Shown piece after piece: positions 35,958 through 45,789 of a DNA stretch of 64,000 nt. Source of the stretch: a virus (lineage: Duplodnaviria > Caudoviricetes); the IMG/VR virus record IMGVR_UViG_3300028591_000071, one strand, 5' to 3'. The position numbers were made by a program, and so were the translations under genes. Under the pieces are notes generated by a model. That model saw nothing but the letters and a program-made list of their open reading frames with translations. It made no database searches and had not been told where the DNA came from. Positions within the stretch are counted from its first letter, which is position 1, and every line of letters begins with the position of its first letter.

Positions 35958-38711
35958 TTATGCGTTCTGCGCACCTTGTGGACCCTGAATACCGTCAGGA
36001 CCCTGAGGTCCCTGAGGGCCGTCATTACCATCGACCCCGTTTTCGCCGGCTACGCCCTGAGCACCCTGTGCACCGTCACTGTATTCGAACCCTGCAACAA
36101 TGCCGTCGGTTGTGATGACGTAAACCGTATTTCTTCCGTTTGCCGAATTAGGCGCTGAATAAATGCTCTCAATTCCTGTACCTTGAGGGCCCTGGACACC
36201 GAAGGTCATACCGCTTTCACCGTTTTCACCCTGAGGGCCCTGAGAACCCTGAGGTCCCTGAGGACCATCATTACCGTCGACTCCGTTTTCACCGGCCGCA
36301 CCCTGTGCACCATCGGCTCCGGCAGGTCCCATAGGACCCTGAACACCGAGGGTCATACCACTTTCACCGTTTTCACCGGCTTCGCCCTGAGGGCCCTGTG
36401 CTCCATCAACACCTGTTAGTCCGTCAGGACCCTGAGGACCTTGAGGTCCGCTTTCGCCCGCTGTGCCCTGTGCTCCGTCAGCACCGGCAGGACCCATAGG
36501 ACCCTGAACGCCCTGTCCTGAGCCATTCATACCATCATTACCCTGAGGACCCTGAGCGCCATCTACTCCGTTAGGACCCATAGGACCCTGAACACCAGTA
36601 ACACCGCTAACCATTGAGCCTTCAAGTGCGGCAACCCTTGCTTCAAGGTCTGCAACCCTCTGAACAAGTCCAAGAAGTTCGCTTACCTTAACCCTGATTT
36701 CATATGATTCACCCTCTGCAAGGAATGCGTCGTACATCGTCTGAAGTTCTTCGTCTGACTTAGGAGTGTGCTTGCCATTGTAATTGGCCTTGAATGCAGC
36801 GAAATCAGCAACCTTCTCGGTATCTGCAACATTGTTTCCAAACGCATAAACAAATTCTGTGTCCTGGCCTGAACGGTCTCCGTTCTTGGAAATCTTCTGC
36901 TCGAAGACAACTGAATTTGCATCTGTTGTCAAAGTGTTGGTTGAGAGAAGGATGTCGTCCATCTTGTGGTCAACATCATCATATGTCCAAACAGTCTCAA
37001 TCTTCTTTCCTGCGAACTTAATCTTACTGTCTGTTTCAAGGTTGATGTTAAGCTCGTTAGGAGTCCACAGTGTGGTCTTAGCCCAAATGTTGGTCTTTTC
37101 CCATCCTGATACCAAGTTGCCGTCTTCGTCGTAAACCGCTCCTGCTACCTGATTCTCATAGTATTCAATTTCTTCTGCAGATAATGTTGCAGGGTCTAAG
37201 TTTGCCTTCTTTGTAATCGGCTTTGTTTCGCCGTATTTTATTGATACATTCTTAGTACCCTTGTAAAGATACTTTGTTGGGTCCTCATAGAATGATTCTT
37301 CGCCGGCGCCCATTGCAACGATTGTATAACTACTTACAGAGCCTGTTGTTATATCACACTTGGTGTTATAAACAATTGTTCCTTCTGCGGCTGCTGTCTC
37401 TCCATCTGCTAAAACGGTGTTTACTGAAGCCTTGTAATAGACCTTATCCTTATCATTGTAGAAAGACTCGTTAACATAGTTGACAACTCTATCACCCTTT
37501 ATGTGCGGTTCACCAAATTCGTCGACGGTCGTCGTTTCTTTCGGATTGGTTGCTTCCCATGTATATTTACCGGTTACATCAACTGCGAAATTACCTTTGC
37601 TCTTTCCAAGTTTCACATATTGAAGACCATCAGGAAGAGCGTCAATGTAATGCTTATCAAGAACCCACTGTTCTGATGCAAGCCCCGTAGTATCGATATG
37701 CATGTCAGTCATTGCTGATGCTACAACATCTTCAACCTCATCCCTCGTTACGAATACGCTTGTGTCGATGCCTTCTCCGCTAAGAGCAGCCTTTGCAACT
37801 GCTGCATTAACAGTGTCCTCAAGATTCTTGCACTTATTAGCAGCGTCAAGAATTTCGTTCCAACTTGCAGAAGGGGTAGTAGCGTTGATGACATCCTTGA
37901 AATCGTCTGACTGTGTTGGATAATCAATCTTTCCGGTTGATGTCACTGCAGGCGTGTTCCTTGTAACGCCATAGACCTTCGCATCACCCTTGAAACGGTA
38001 GTCTCCCGTGTAAAGTGAAGTGTGAAGGTTGTTGAATGTACCGAACTCAAGACCCTTACCTCCTTCCTTGCAGTATGCTGCGGTTGCACCGATTTCGCTT
38101 GTCCTGTCACTTTCGAACTTAATCTTATTTTCCTTGCCATTGCTGTCGGTTCCTGCAACCTGAAGGGCAATTCCACCGTGGTCATAGCAACGGAAGTCCA
38201 TTGCACGGGCCTTCATCTTAAGATAAACAGGACCTGTCGTACCAACGACCTCTCCGCCGTTCCACTTGTCGTTCCTTACCTTGATGTCGATTGAATCGGC
38301 ATCGAATTCTGTTGTGTTGCATTTCTGATTATCAAGCGTCAATTCGGCTGCATTAACCTTAAGTCCGACAACGCGTGTTGCCTTTGGCTGTGCGCCGTTA
38401 CATACCTTGAATGTGAATTCAGTTGCATCAGCACCATGCTGCTCACAGTCGAACTGTACAGCCTCCGGCTTTCCATTCTCATCAATACCAGGCTTAATCT
38501 GAACAGCCTGTGCAGCAACGAGATTCAACTTCTCGCCACCTGCAACAGCGGCATTGACTTCGAAGTTGTTAGATGCATTTACATAGATTCCCTTGAGGGT
38601 GGCCAAAGAATTGACCATCCCGCTTGTTATTTCGGTTCCATTGACATATTTTGCGTCAATGTAATGTGGGGTTCCACTGATTAAGAACCCTTTAATTGCG
38701 TCTGCTGCCAT
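35958..38711 (-). CDS. Fibre protein with a beta-rich N-terminus, short coiled coil and C-terminal collagen (917 aa)
   Basis: LVQRVADLEARVAALE followed by Gly-X-Y tracts up to the stop codon. Confidence 0.8.
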   Translation of the reverse strand: MAADAIKGFLISGTPHYIDAKYVNGTEITSGMVNSLATLKGIYVNASNNFEVNAAVAGGEKLNLVAAQAVQIKPGIDENGKPEAVQFDCEQHGADATEFTFKVCNGAQPKATRVVGLKVNAAELTLDNQKCNTTEFDADSIDIKVRNDKWNGGEVVGTTGPVYLKMKARAMDFRCYDHGGIALQVAGTDSNGKENKIKFESDRTSEIGATAAYCKEGGKGLEFGTFNNLHTSLYTGDYRFKGDAKVYGVTRNTPAVTSTGKIDYPTQSDDFKDVINATTPSASWNEILDAANKCKNLEDTVNAAVAKAALSGEGIDTSVFVTRDEVEDVVASAMTDMHIDTTGLASEQWVLDKHYIDALPDGLQYVKLGKSKGNFAVDVTGKYTWEATNPKETTTVDEFGEPHIKGDRVVNYVNESFYNDKDKVYYKASVNTVLADGETAAAEGTIVYNTKCDITTGSVSSYTIVAMGAGEESFYEDPTKYLYKGTKNVSIKYGETKPITKKANLDPATLSAEEIEYYENQVAGAVYDEDGNLVSGWEKTNIWAKTTLWTPNELNINLETDSKIKFAGKKIETVWTYDDVDHKMDDILLSTNTLTTDANSVVFEQKISKNGDRSGQDTEFVYAFGNNVADTEKVADFAAFKANYNGKHTPKSDEELQTMYDAFLAEGESYEIRVKVSELLGLVQRVADLEARVAALEGSMVSGVTGVQGPMGPNGVDGAQGPQGNDGMNGSGQGVQGPMGPAGADGAQGTAGESGPQGPQGPDGLTGVDGAQGPQGEAGENGESGMTLGVQGPMGPAGADGAQGAAGENGVDGNDGPQGPQGSQGPQGENGESGMTFGVQGPQGTGIESIYSAPNSANGRNTVYVITTDGIVAGFEYSDGAQGAQGVAGENGVDGNDGPQGPQGPDGIQGPQGAQNA
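35965..36606 (-). repeat. Interrupted Gly-X-Y collagen repeats
   Basis: GVQGPMGP occurs three times; GENGVDGNDGPQGPQG twice; GENGESGMT twice. Confidence 0.9.
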
Positions 38712-38734
38712 AATGTTATATTGTTTTTTTCTTA

Positions 38735-39685
38735 TTATGCTATTATAAATCCGTTTTCGTTCACGGAGAAATCATTCAGGTTGATAAATCCATCGAGTTC
38801 TTCAATCGATTCTATCACCACATTATTGTCCTCATCAAGAAGTATGCTCCTATTCGTAGGTATTATCGGCGTGATTGAATCAAGGTCAATGAATCCGTCA
38901 ACAAGAGGCGCATTGAGTGTTATAAACCCATCATTTTCTTCAATATTCAAGAACGAAATCATGTTCCCGCTCAATGTATAAACCGTTCCGCCTGATTCCG
39001 GTTCCGTTTCTCCTTCGTATATGCAATAATATATGTCGTCTGAGTATTGGACCATCTTTCCGTCGATGATTACCGACCCGCTTGCAAGCAGTTCGTCGTA
39101 CTGCGCCCTTGTCAAGAACTGATGGTCTCCGCTTCTCCTTACATTGCTTATCTGCTCGTCTATGTATTCCCTTAGGGTAACTAACTCTTCTTCATTGTTT
39201 GTTGTTGCCGCACTTATCTCAACGATATCGTTTGCCATTTTCGCAGCCCCTGTGGTATCATTGATAATCCATTCCGCTATTTCCCTGAGAGTGTCGAACC
39301 TCGTATCAGCCGAGTCAATCACCTTAACCACCTCAAGTGATGCAATTTCCCTTATATGCTCATCGGTAACCGCTTCCGGCGTGGATGCACTTATGATGTT
39401 TATCCTCTCATTCAGGAACTGTTCAACCGCATTTACATATTCAACGGTCTGTGCCGATGTAAGATAATTCTCTCGTAAAAAATCCTTTATTTCATCGGGG
39501 GTCGTGCTTCCCGAAATGGCAACGCTGCTTATCTTAACGACTTCACCCCTCGTATTTATGAGATAAATTGCTTCAAAACCCGGCTCGTTGGAAATAATTA
39601 TCTCACCGGTACTTACGAACTTATCTCTTGTTATCTGAGAAGAGTTATTATAATGTTTGTTTAATACTACTCTACCTGAACTCAT
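38735..39685 (-). CDS. Fibre adaptor-like structural protein (316 aa)
   Basis: N-terminal GEIII domain; DTLREIAEWI shared with the 3459 fibre; LTRAQYDEL...IYYCI motif; DGFI.L repeats. Confidence 0.65.
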   Translation of the reverse strand: MSSGRVVLNKHYNNSSQITRDKFVSTGEIIISNEPGFEAIYLINTRGEVVKISSVAISGSTTPDEIKDFLRENYLTSAQTVEYVNAVEQFLNERINIISASTPEAVTDEHIREIASLEVVKVIDSADTRFDTLREIAEWIINDTTGAAKMANDIVEISAATTNNEEELVTLREYIDEQISNVRRSGDHQFLTRAQYDELLASGSVIIDGKMVQYSDDIYYCIYEGETEPESGGTVYTLSGNMISFLNIEENDGFITLNAPLVDGFIDLDSITPIIPTNRSILLDEDNNVVIESIEELDGFINLNDFSVNENGFIIA

Positions 39686-39706
39686 AATGCTGTGGCATAT
39701 TTTTCT

Positions 39707-39714
39707 ATAAATAG
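39707..39714 (-). promoter_or_regulatory. Putative late promoter motif CTATTTAT
   Basis: About 22 nt upstream of the 39685 start, downstream of a terminator. Confidence 0.6.
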
Positions 39715-39738
39715 ATTAGTCAGGGTAAAACATTAAAC

Positions 39739-39767
39739 AAAAATTGAGTACCATTGTGGTACTCAAT
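39739..39767 (-). terminator. Intrinsic terminator
   Basis: Perfect 11-bp inverted repeat attgagtacca/tggtactcaat followed by a U tract on the minus strand. Confidence 0.75.
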
Positions 39768-39843
39768 CTTAATCTTAGTCTATGTATTCTGCATTTAAAG
39801 GAACCGTTGCCGTCATAGAATTCTACCAGCCCCGTCACTAATA

Positions 39844-42558
39844 TTATAGCCCATTGCTGAACGTATACGAGAAGATAGCCGTTGACGGCATCATCTGTTC
39901 GACATACTTAAGGACCACATTTTCTATATATGTCTTGTATTCTTCACTACTTCCTGTAACGAAATCAATATTGATGTTCTTTAAATTTATAACGGAAAGT
40001 GCGGCACTCTCATCAAACTGTCCTTTCTTTTCAGGTGAAACAAATTCAGGATAACCCCACTTCCCCGTATTCTCATCGTCCTTATCACCCGGCGTCTCAT
40101 CCGTATTGTCACACTTCATAAACGAGTCTTTTCCATTTTCAAAATAGAAACACTTCACATCTGAAGACACAACATTAACGTCGAATCCTATACTTGTTAT
40201 CGCACTAAGGATATCCGCTTCTTCTTCAATGTCAAGCCTTGAGAACAGTCCGTGTTCAACCTCGTGTTTAAAGAGTGTATTATAATGGTCGACATAACTG
40301 CTTCCATCGTCATAACTTCCATATCCCACGTGTGGATTATTGCCGATGAATGTGGTCTTTATAGTTTCCATATAGAGAACTCGCTCGCCGTCGCACGTTA
40401 TGTTACCGCTTCCGTCAAATTCTTCAGTAAAGACGTTTCGCCATCCATAACAATCAAATATGTCATTGCTTACATACCCGATGTTCGTGGACAATTCCTC
40501 GGTCTTCAGTATGAAATAATGTGAGAAACCGCTAAAGCCGTCGGTAATCTTCGCACTGTCTTCTGCATTTGCCACATATTGGTCTTCTATACCTGTAATG
40601 TCTTCAACATAGCATACGCAGTTCTCGAACAGATTATCCGTCGTCAATCCGGTCAATTCATATAGGTTTGCCGCATATTTCATATATTGCAGCGTTTCCC
40701 CATAGAGCCCTATGAAATCGCCGTTTATCTTTTCTATGGTGGTCATCGCGCTTACAAGATGCTTGGTGCTCTTATCCTTCATTCCTTCCCATCCACCAAA
40801 TTGTTGGAAATAAAGCCCCGAACCGTAGACGGCATTCTTATCATACCAAGGTATAATGTATTTGTCTCCAGGTTCGCCACCCTGAGGACCTTGTGGCCCC
40901 TGTGGTCCTTCGGGCTCTTCGGTAGGAGGAGTTACTTCCGTTATCGGCCACTCAGCGAGAACATCGTCCCCATAGTAATAATTGTCATAATAAGGGAGAC
41001 AGGTCTTGAATTCATAAGATTTAGGGAAACGATTCGCTATTCCGAACTGTTCCGTTATCGTGTAATCGCTCGCACTCATTCCGAACATACCGAGAATAAC
41101 TTCTATACCCCGCTTTGTTCCCTTCAGCGACTGTATATAATCTGAATTCAATATCATTCTCCTTATAAAACCGATATTGGAATCAGCAGCCGTATATCCC
41201 GAATATGTAGTACCTGAATATATGACGTCACTGATGACGGTCCTGTCAACCGTAGGCCCGACATTATATGCGTCCCACCCATCATTTTCAAGGCAATCGG
41301 TAAGGAAATAATCAGGAGTGTTGCTCTTTTCGTTATATGTAATTGCATTTGTCGTCTTTATGTTATTCGCATATCTCCTTATGTCGTCAAACTGCCGCCC
41401 ATATAACTCTATTGCACCCCTAATCTTGGTATCATCTATATCGGAAAGGTCCTGTTCATCGCCATCTTCCTGCCTGAAAAATGTCCAGTCAAGGTTTTTG
41501 ATTGATTGGTGGGTGAGCATCCTCCAAAGATTCCCGCAATCATATTCGTCATAATATTCCGCGAGATGTATGAGTGCCTTCAAATATCCTTCCAGCTTAG
41601 GACCGCTTGTGTGCGGCATCGGATAATTCTGCATCGTAGATGCACTTGTTGAAGGCCACGTATATCTCTTCATCGTATAATAGTGACCCTCGCCGTCAAA
41701 ATAAGGCGTTTCAAGTTCGCACGTGAATTGCGGCTTTGAATCAAGGGTTAAGAGAATCTTCTCGAAATCGTCAAGTTCATCATACTTCTCCTTAAAATAT
41801 TCAGGCTTTGGCTCAAGGAAAACACCCTTAGGTCCCGTCACTATATATTCACCACTCCTAATTCTGTAAGTAATAAACGTAGTCCTGTTAATGGTTGTCG
41901 TTGCCACCTTGTTTGCACAGCCAGTATCTCCTGAACCAGCTGTTATGGCGAAACTTGTCACGGGGCTGCCGTTCAGCATATACTTGTCATAACTCAAAGA
42001 CAGCACCTTGAACGGGTCATTGGTTCCTTCAACTGATTCCGCAGGGGTCCATATATCGAGCCCAAAATAATTTTCAACGACCGTTACCCCTGATGGTAAA
42101 GATGGTAAATCAGGTATTAGCTTCGAATAATCTTCATATGCATCGCACAAACCACCCGGATATCTCAATATGATATCCCTGACTGTCGCTTTCATCAACT
42201 CCGTTGCTGAGCCATAATAAGCAAAATCCCTGACCGAAGAATAATCCGGCTTAAGGACTATCTTCGATTCATCCGTCGTAACACCCGAGCAATCCCCCTC
42301 TGTCCAATATTCAACGCTCGCGCCTGACGGCGGAATCCAAATCCCCGAAAAATGTTTCTTTTTCCCGTTTATATCACTTCTTACCCTGAACTTGAAGTTT
42401 GAATCGGAAAACATTATCACATCCTCATCGTACACACCATCTTCGGGAACGATGGTCATATGGTCGTTCTCAAAAATTGTACCGTCGGCTGTGGAAGAAT
42501 GCTTCTTCCTGTAAACAAAGTCAGTCTTACTCTTTATGTATTGGGTCCTTCTGCTCAT
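39844..42558 (-). CDS. Probable baseplate wedge protein (904 aa)
   Basis: RRMILN...KGTKRGIEVILGMFG resembles the P2 gpI-like wedge motif; lies in the baseplate operon. Confidence 0.55.
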   Translation of the reverse strand: MSRRTQYIKSKTDFVYRKKHSSTADGTIFENDHMTIVPEDGVYDEDVIMFSDSNFKFRVRSDINGKKKHFSGIWIPPSGASVEYWTEGDCSGVTTDESKIVLKPDYSSVRDFAYYGSATELMKATVRDIILRYPGGLCDAYEDYSKLIPDLPSLPSGVTVVENYFGLDIWTPAESVEGTNDPFKVLSLSYDKYMLNGSPVTSFAITAGSGDTGCANKVATTTINRTTFITYRIRSGEYIVTGPKGVFLEPKPEYFKEKYDELDDFEKILLTLDSKPQFTCELETPYFDGEGHYYTMKRYTWPSTSASTMQNYPMPHTSGPKLEGYLKALIHLAEYYDEYDCGNLWRMLTHQSIKNLDWTFFRQEDGDEQDLSDIDDTKIRGAIELYGRQFDDIRRYANNIKTTNAITYNEKSNTPDYFLTDCLENDGWDAYNVGPTVDRTVISDVIYSGTTYSGYTAADSNIGFIRRMILNSDYIQSLKGTKRGIEVILGMFGMSASDYTITEQFGIANRFPKSYEFKTCLPYYDNYYYGDDVLAEWPITEVTPPTEEPEGPQGPQGPQGGEPGDKYIIPWYDKNAVYGSGLYFQQFGGWEGMKDKSTKHLVSAMTTIEKINGDFIGLYGETLQYMKYAANLYELTGLTTDNLFENCVCYVEDITGIEDQYVANAEDSAKITDGFSGFSHYFILKTEELSTNIGYVSNDIFDCYGWRNVFTEEFDGSGNITCDGERVLYMETIKTTFIGNNPHVGYGSYDDGSSYVDHYNTLFKHEVEHGLFSRLDIEEEADILSAITSIGFDVNVVSSDVKCFYFENGKDSFMKCDNTDETPGDKDDENTGKWGYPEFVSPEKKGQFDESAALSVINLKNINIDFVTGSSEEYKTYIENVVLKYVEQMMPSTAIFSYTFSNGL

Positions 42559-42559
42559 A

Positions 42560-43420
42560 TTAGTCGTCCATTACATTGTCATATGTCTGATTAGCATCGA
42601 TTGTCTCCCTCTTTCTCTTAATATCGTATAGAGGGACACCGAGCCTGCTCTTCTTCGTATAATAGTCGTGTTGCTGATAAATTTCGTTCTCTTCGTTGTA
42701 AGTGGTGATGATTCCGTGGTCCCTGTCCCTTGCCTGGTCACCCTCGAGCATATAGGTTATGGTATCTGCATCGTGTTCGACCAACTCCACTTCAATGAGT
42801 TTTGGAGTGAAGAGTGTATTGGTGAGGATAATGTCCGCACCGGGCGTTCCTATATTCGGTCTTGCGTTCTGAGCAAAACTTGGTGATGATGACGGGGATA
42901 CGGTACAGAAAACAAGAGAACTTGATGTGTCCTCAAGGTTATATCTCGTGGCTTTTGGATAACCATCACCAATGGAAACCGTTACGGGCGCACACCTGTT
43001 GCAGGATTTAATCATCCTGATTTCGCCGGTATCAACCAACTCCATCCTATACCCGACAAGGTCACTTATGCCGGCAAGCGAATCTATGTTAAGGACAACA
43101 CCCCTCACGTCAGGATATGAAGACAATACACTTACATCAACTATTTTTGCCTTAATCTCTTTCGGTCTGATAAAGATGGTATAAATACCCTTCCTGTTGA
43201 ACTCGTCCAATGGGAGTCTGAGGTCATAAACACCATCTATCTGTTCCTTGTCGTCATCAGTGACGGCAGGAATGAGGCATTCGGCAGGGTCAAGAGGCTT
43301 ATATCCCTGAAAATTTTCGTCATCCGTACCTCTCGTCGGCCTATAGTGATATAAAACTTCTGCATCCCTATATGGTTCTATCTTGGCGGGCCTTATTGAC
43401 CCGAAAACACCACTAATCAT
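42560..43420 (-). CDS. Hypothetical structural protein (286 aa)
   Basis: Tightly packed in the baseplate operon. Confidence 0.65.
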   Translation of the reverse strand: MISGVFGSIRPAKIEPYRDAEVLYHYRPTRGTDDENFQGYKPLDPAECLIPAVTDDDKEQIDGVYDLRLPLDEFNRKGIYTIFIRPKEIKAKIVDVSVLSSYPDVRGVVLNIDSLAGISDLVGYRMELVDTGEIRMIKSCNRCAPVTVSIGDGYPKATRYNLEDTSSSLVFCTVSPSSSPSFAQNARPNIGTPGADIILTNTLFTPKLIEVELVEHDADTITYMLEGDQARDRDHGIITTYNEENEIYQQHDYYTKKSRLGVPLYDIKRKRETIDANQTYDNVMDD

Positions 43421-43425
43421 CTTCT

Positions 43426-45789
43426 TTATAAATTATAATAGTTATTACCATAATTCTCAAGGTCTTCCATAGAATTGCATTCTGAAAGTTTGAAATGCCT
43501 CTCAAATGCAGCTGCGGAACCCCTGTCCATCGTCACGCTAAACCTACTCTTCGTATCTCCCATAAATAGCGGGACATCTTCTCTTGTAAACACCGGAGCA
43601 TCAAACATATCATCGTCATTGAACATCGTTCCTATCTCCATCCCGATGATTGTCGCAAGGTTTGCCATTCTATATGTGCCATACTCTTCGCTATACACTT
43701 CCTTCTTCGTCGATTCGGTATCAATCTTGTCGTAATAGATTACTATTCCGTCCCTTCCGTCTATCCTTATCTTTTTCTTCATTCCGTGTACATAAGGATA
43801 AGTCTCCTGATACTGTATTCCGGTATTTTCCACATATGTGTATTGTCCGTCGCTACCCTGTAGTTTTGCACCAATCGTATAAGTTATCGTCCACGAACTG
43901 TCAACTATTTCAATGCTGTTCACGTAATCCCCGACATACAAGTTATCATCAATCTCATATATGTTATGGGCAGAACCCTCGGTATACGGTATCCTGAATG
44001 TCTGAAGCCCTTTGCTTCCCATCGTGACCGGCTCACCCTGTCCCGAAAACATATACCCATTGTCTCTCTTGACCATAAAGTAATATGTATCGCCGTTTGA
44101 CGGGGTTAAAACCATATTCTTGAAGCATTCAAGAATGGTAACCGTCCTGTATTTGTTCTTTCCCTTCGTTGCCTCAGCACTTTCACCATCCGCACATTTG
44201 ATTGCGGCGGCTTCCGATTCGGTTAATCTTGTGCATTCCCACCATTTATAGTTATAGACAGTATAGCCCGTCGTCGTTGTCTTTATTCCGTGCCCATGGG
44301 AATCATTCACTTCTTCTTCCGACGTAGCGTTTGGCATATTAACCGGTGTTACACTCTGAAGGAGAACCCTGTCAACATCTGTTCTTGTCAGGGCAGGTAC
44401 TTCTTCCGTGCCCTCTAATGTACCCCTTTCTACATAATCGCTATTATCATAAACAATTACATATGAAATACCTTCGCCCGTAACACTGCTGTTGTCCTCA
44501 TAATACGTGCACTTCAACAGGTTTGTCTTTTTGCCTTCCTCAGGAAAATCAACCCACGCCCCAACCAATCCTTCAACGGTCTCCGCATCATCATCTATAA
44601 CATAATACAACTTTGATTCAACCGTTGCTGAAATTGCTGAAAACACCGGAACAACCGTACCGTTCTGTGTATAAGCACTCTTTGATTCTATGTATGATTC
44701 ATAAACGGTCTCATAAGAGCATTCCTGTTCAATTGATATAGGGAAGGAAATATATGGAGCGACAAACGTCATTCCCATTCCGTTATCCGGAACACTTGGT
44801 ATTGATTGCGGAAATTCCAATTCGTTAGCCCTCTTCTTGAGAAAATCATACATTGCATCTCCGCCGTGTTCGTTCCATTCCTTAAGGCCCTGCTCACTCT
44901 TGTTGCCCTTTCTCTTCTCAAACCAATCTATATGTTTCTGTATGTTCGTATAAAACACAAAATCAGGTACATATATTCCACTTATATTATACGGAACCTC
45001 AATCTTGCCTATGACATACTTGTCAACAAACTCCATGAACTGATACAGTCCAACCTCGTTGTCACTCCCTTCGAACATCTCGAGACACCACGTCTTGCCG
45101 GTATGTACGTACTTGTTTTCTTCAATGTCCGTATATTCCGTTTCAGCACTGAACCACCAATTCTCTATCTTTTTCAACTCATCGTAATCATCAACTATGA
45201 CATAGAACTTTCCCCGCTCTATATCTTCCTCCGTGGTTGTCATGCCGTAGATGTGCCTGTCTTTTGCATAATTACGCGAATCAACGGGTATGAATTCATA
45301 TCTTGCCCTTTTCAAGCCCGAATAATCTTCTTCCGATATCAGGTCGGTAAGGCAAAGGGCACTGGTCTTGTTCTCAATAACAACCGTTTCGCCGCAGCCG
45401 CTCCCGTATATACCGACAACGTTTCTCCCGCCAACAAAGGTCGGCACCTCGATTTTTTCGCCATCCATTTCTTCAATATGTACGGTCTCGTCAACTATAT
45501 TCGTTTCATTGACCACACACTTTGTCCTGATGCCCGATTCTATTATCCTGTTGGCTTCATTGTACCTTCTTATTATGTCGCAATACCTTACCCTGTCAAC
45601 GACCTTTTCCTTCTCCGTCTTTTTTTCAAGTATCCCGATGTCCGAAACAAGCATACCCCAATTCCCGTTCTCATTCTCATTCGACACAAGATACATTTCC
45701 GGGTCAGAATTGAACGGAATATATGGCAAGACCCCATTGGTCCTGCTCTTGCTCTTCTCTATGCTTATCTTTTTCCTAACTGGCTCCAT
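43426..45789 (-). CDS. Hypothetical structural protein (about 787 aa)
   Basis: Long ORF in the operon; ATG 45789 (MEPVRKK) preferred because it gives the shorter overlap. Confidence 0.65.
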   Translation of the reverse strand: MEPVRKKISIEKSKSRTNGVLPYIPFNSDPEMYLVSNENENGNWGMLVSDIGILEKKTEKEKVVDRVRYCDIIRRYNEANRIIESGIRTKCVVNETNIVDETVHIEEMDGEKIEVPTFVGGRNVVGIYGSGCGETVVIENKTSALCLTDLISEEDYSGLKRARYEFIPVDSRNYAKDRHIYGMTTTEEDIERGKFYVIVDDYDELKKIENWWFSAETEYTDIEENKYVHTGKTWCLEMFEGSDNEVGLYQFMEFVDKYVIGKIEVPYNISGIYVPDFVFYTNIQKHIDWFEKRKGNKSEQGLKEWNEHGGDAMYDFLKKRANELEFPQSIPSVPDNGMGMTFVAPYISFPISIEQECSYETVYESYIESKSAYTQNGTVVPVFSAISATVESKLYYVIDDDAETVEGLVGAWVDFPEEGKKTNLLKCTYYEDNSSVTGEGISYVIVYDNSDYVERGTLEGTEEVPALTRTDVDRVLLQSVTPVNMPNATSEEEVNDSHGHGIKTTTTGYTVYNYKWWECTRLTESEAAAIKCADGESAEATKGKNKYRTVTILECFKNMVLTPSNGDTYYFMVKRDNGYMFSGQGEPVTMGSKGLQTFRIPYTEGSAHNIYEIDDNLYVGDYVNSIEIVDSSWTITYTIGAKLQGSDGQYTYVENTGIQYQETYPYVHGMKKKIRIDGRDGIVIYYDKIDTESTKKEVYSEEYGTYRMANLATIIGMEIGTMFNDDDMFDAPVFTREDVPLFMGDTKSRFSVTMDRGSAAAFERHFKLSECNSMEDLENYGNNYYNL

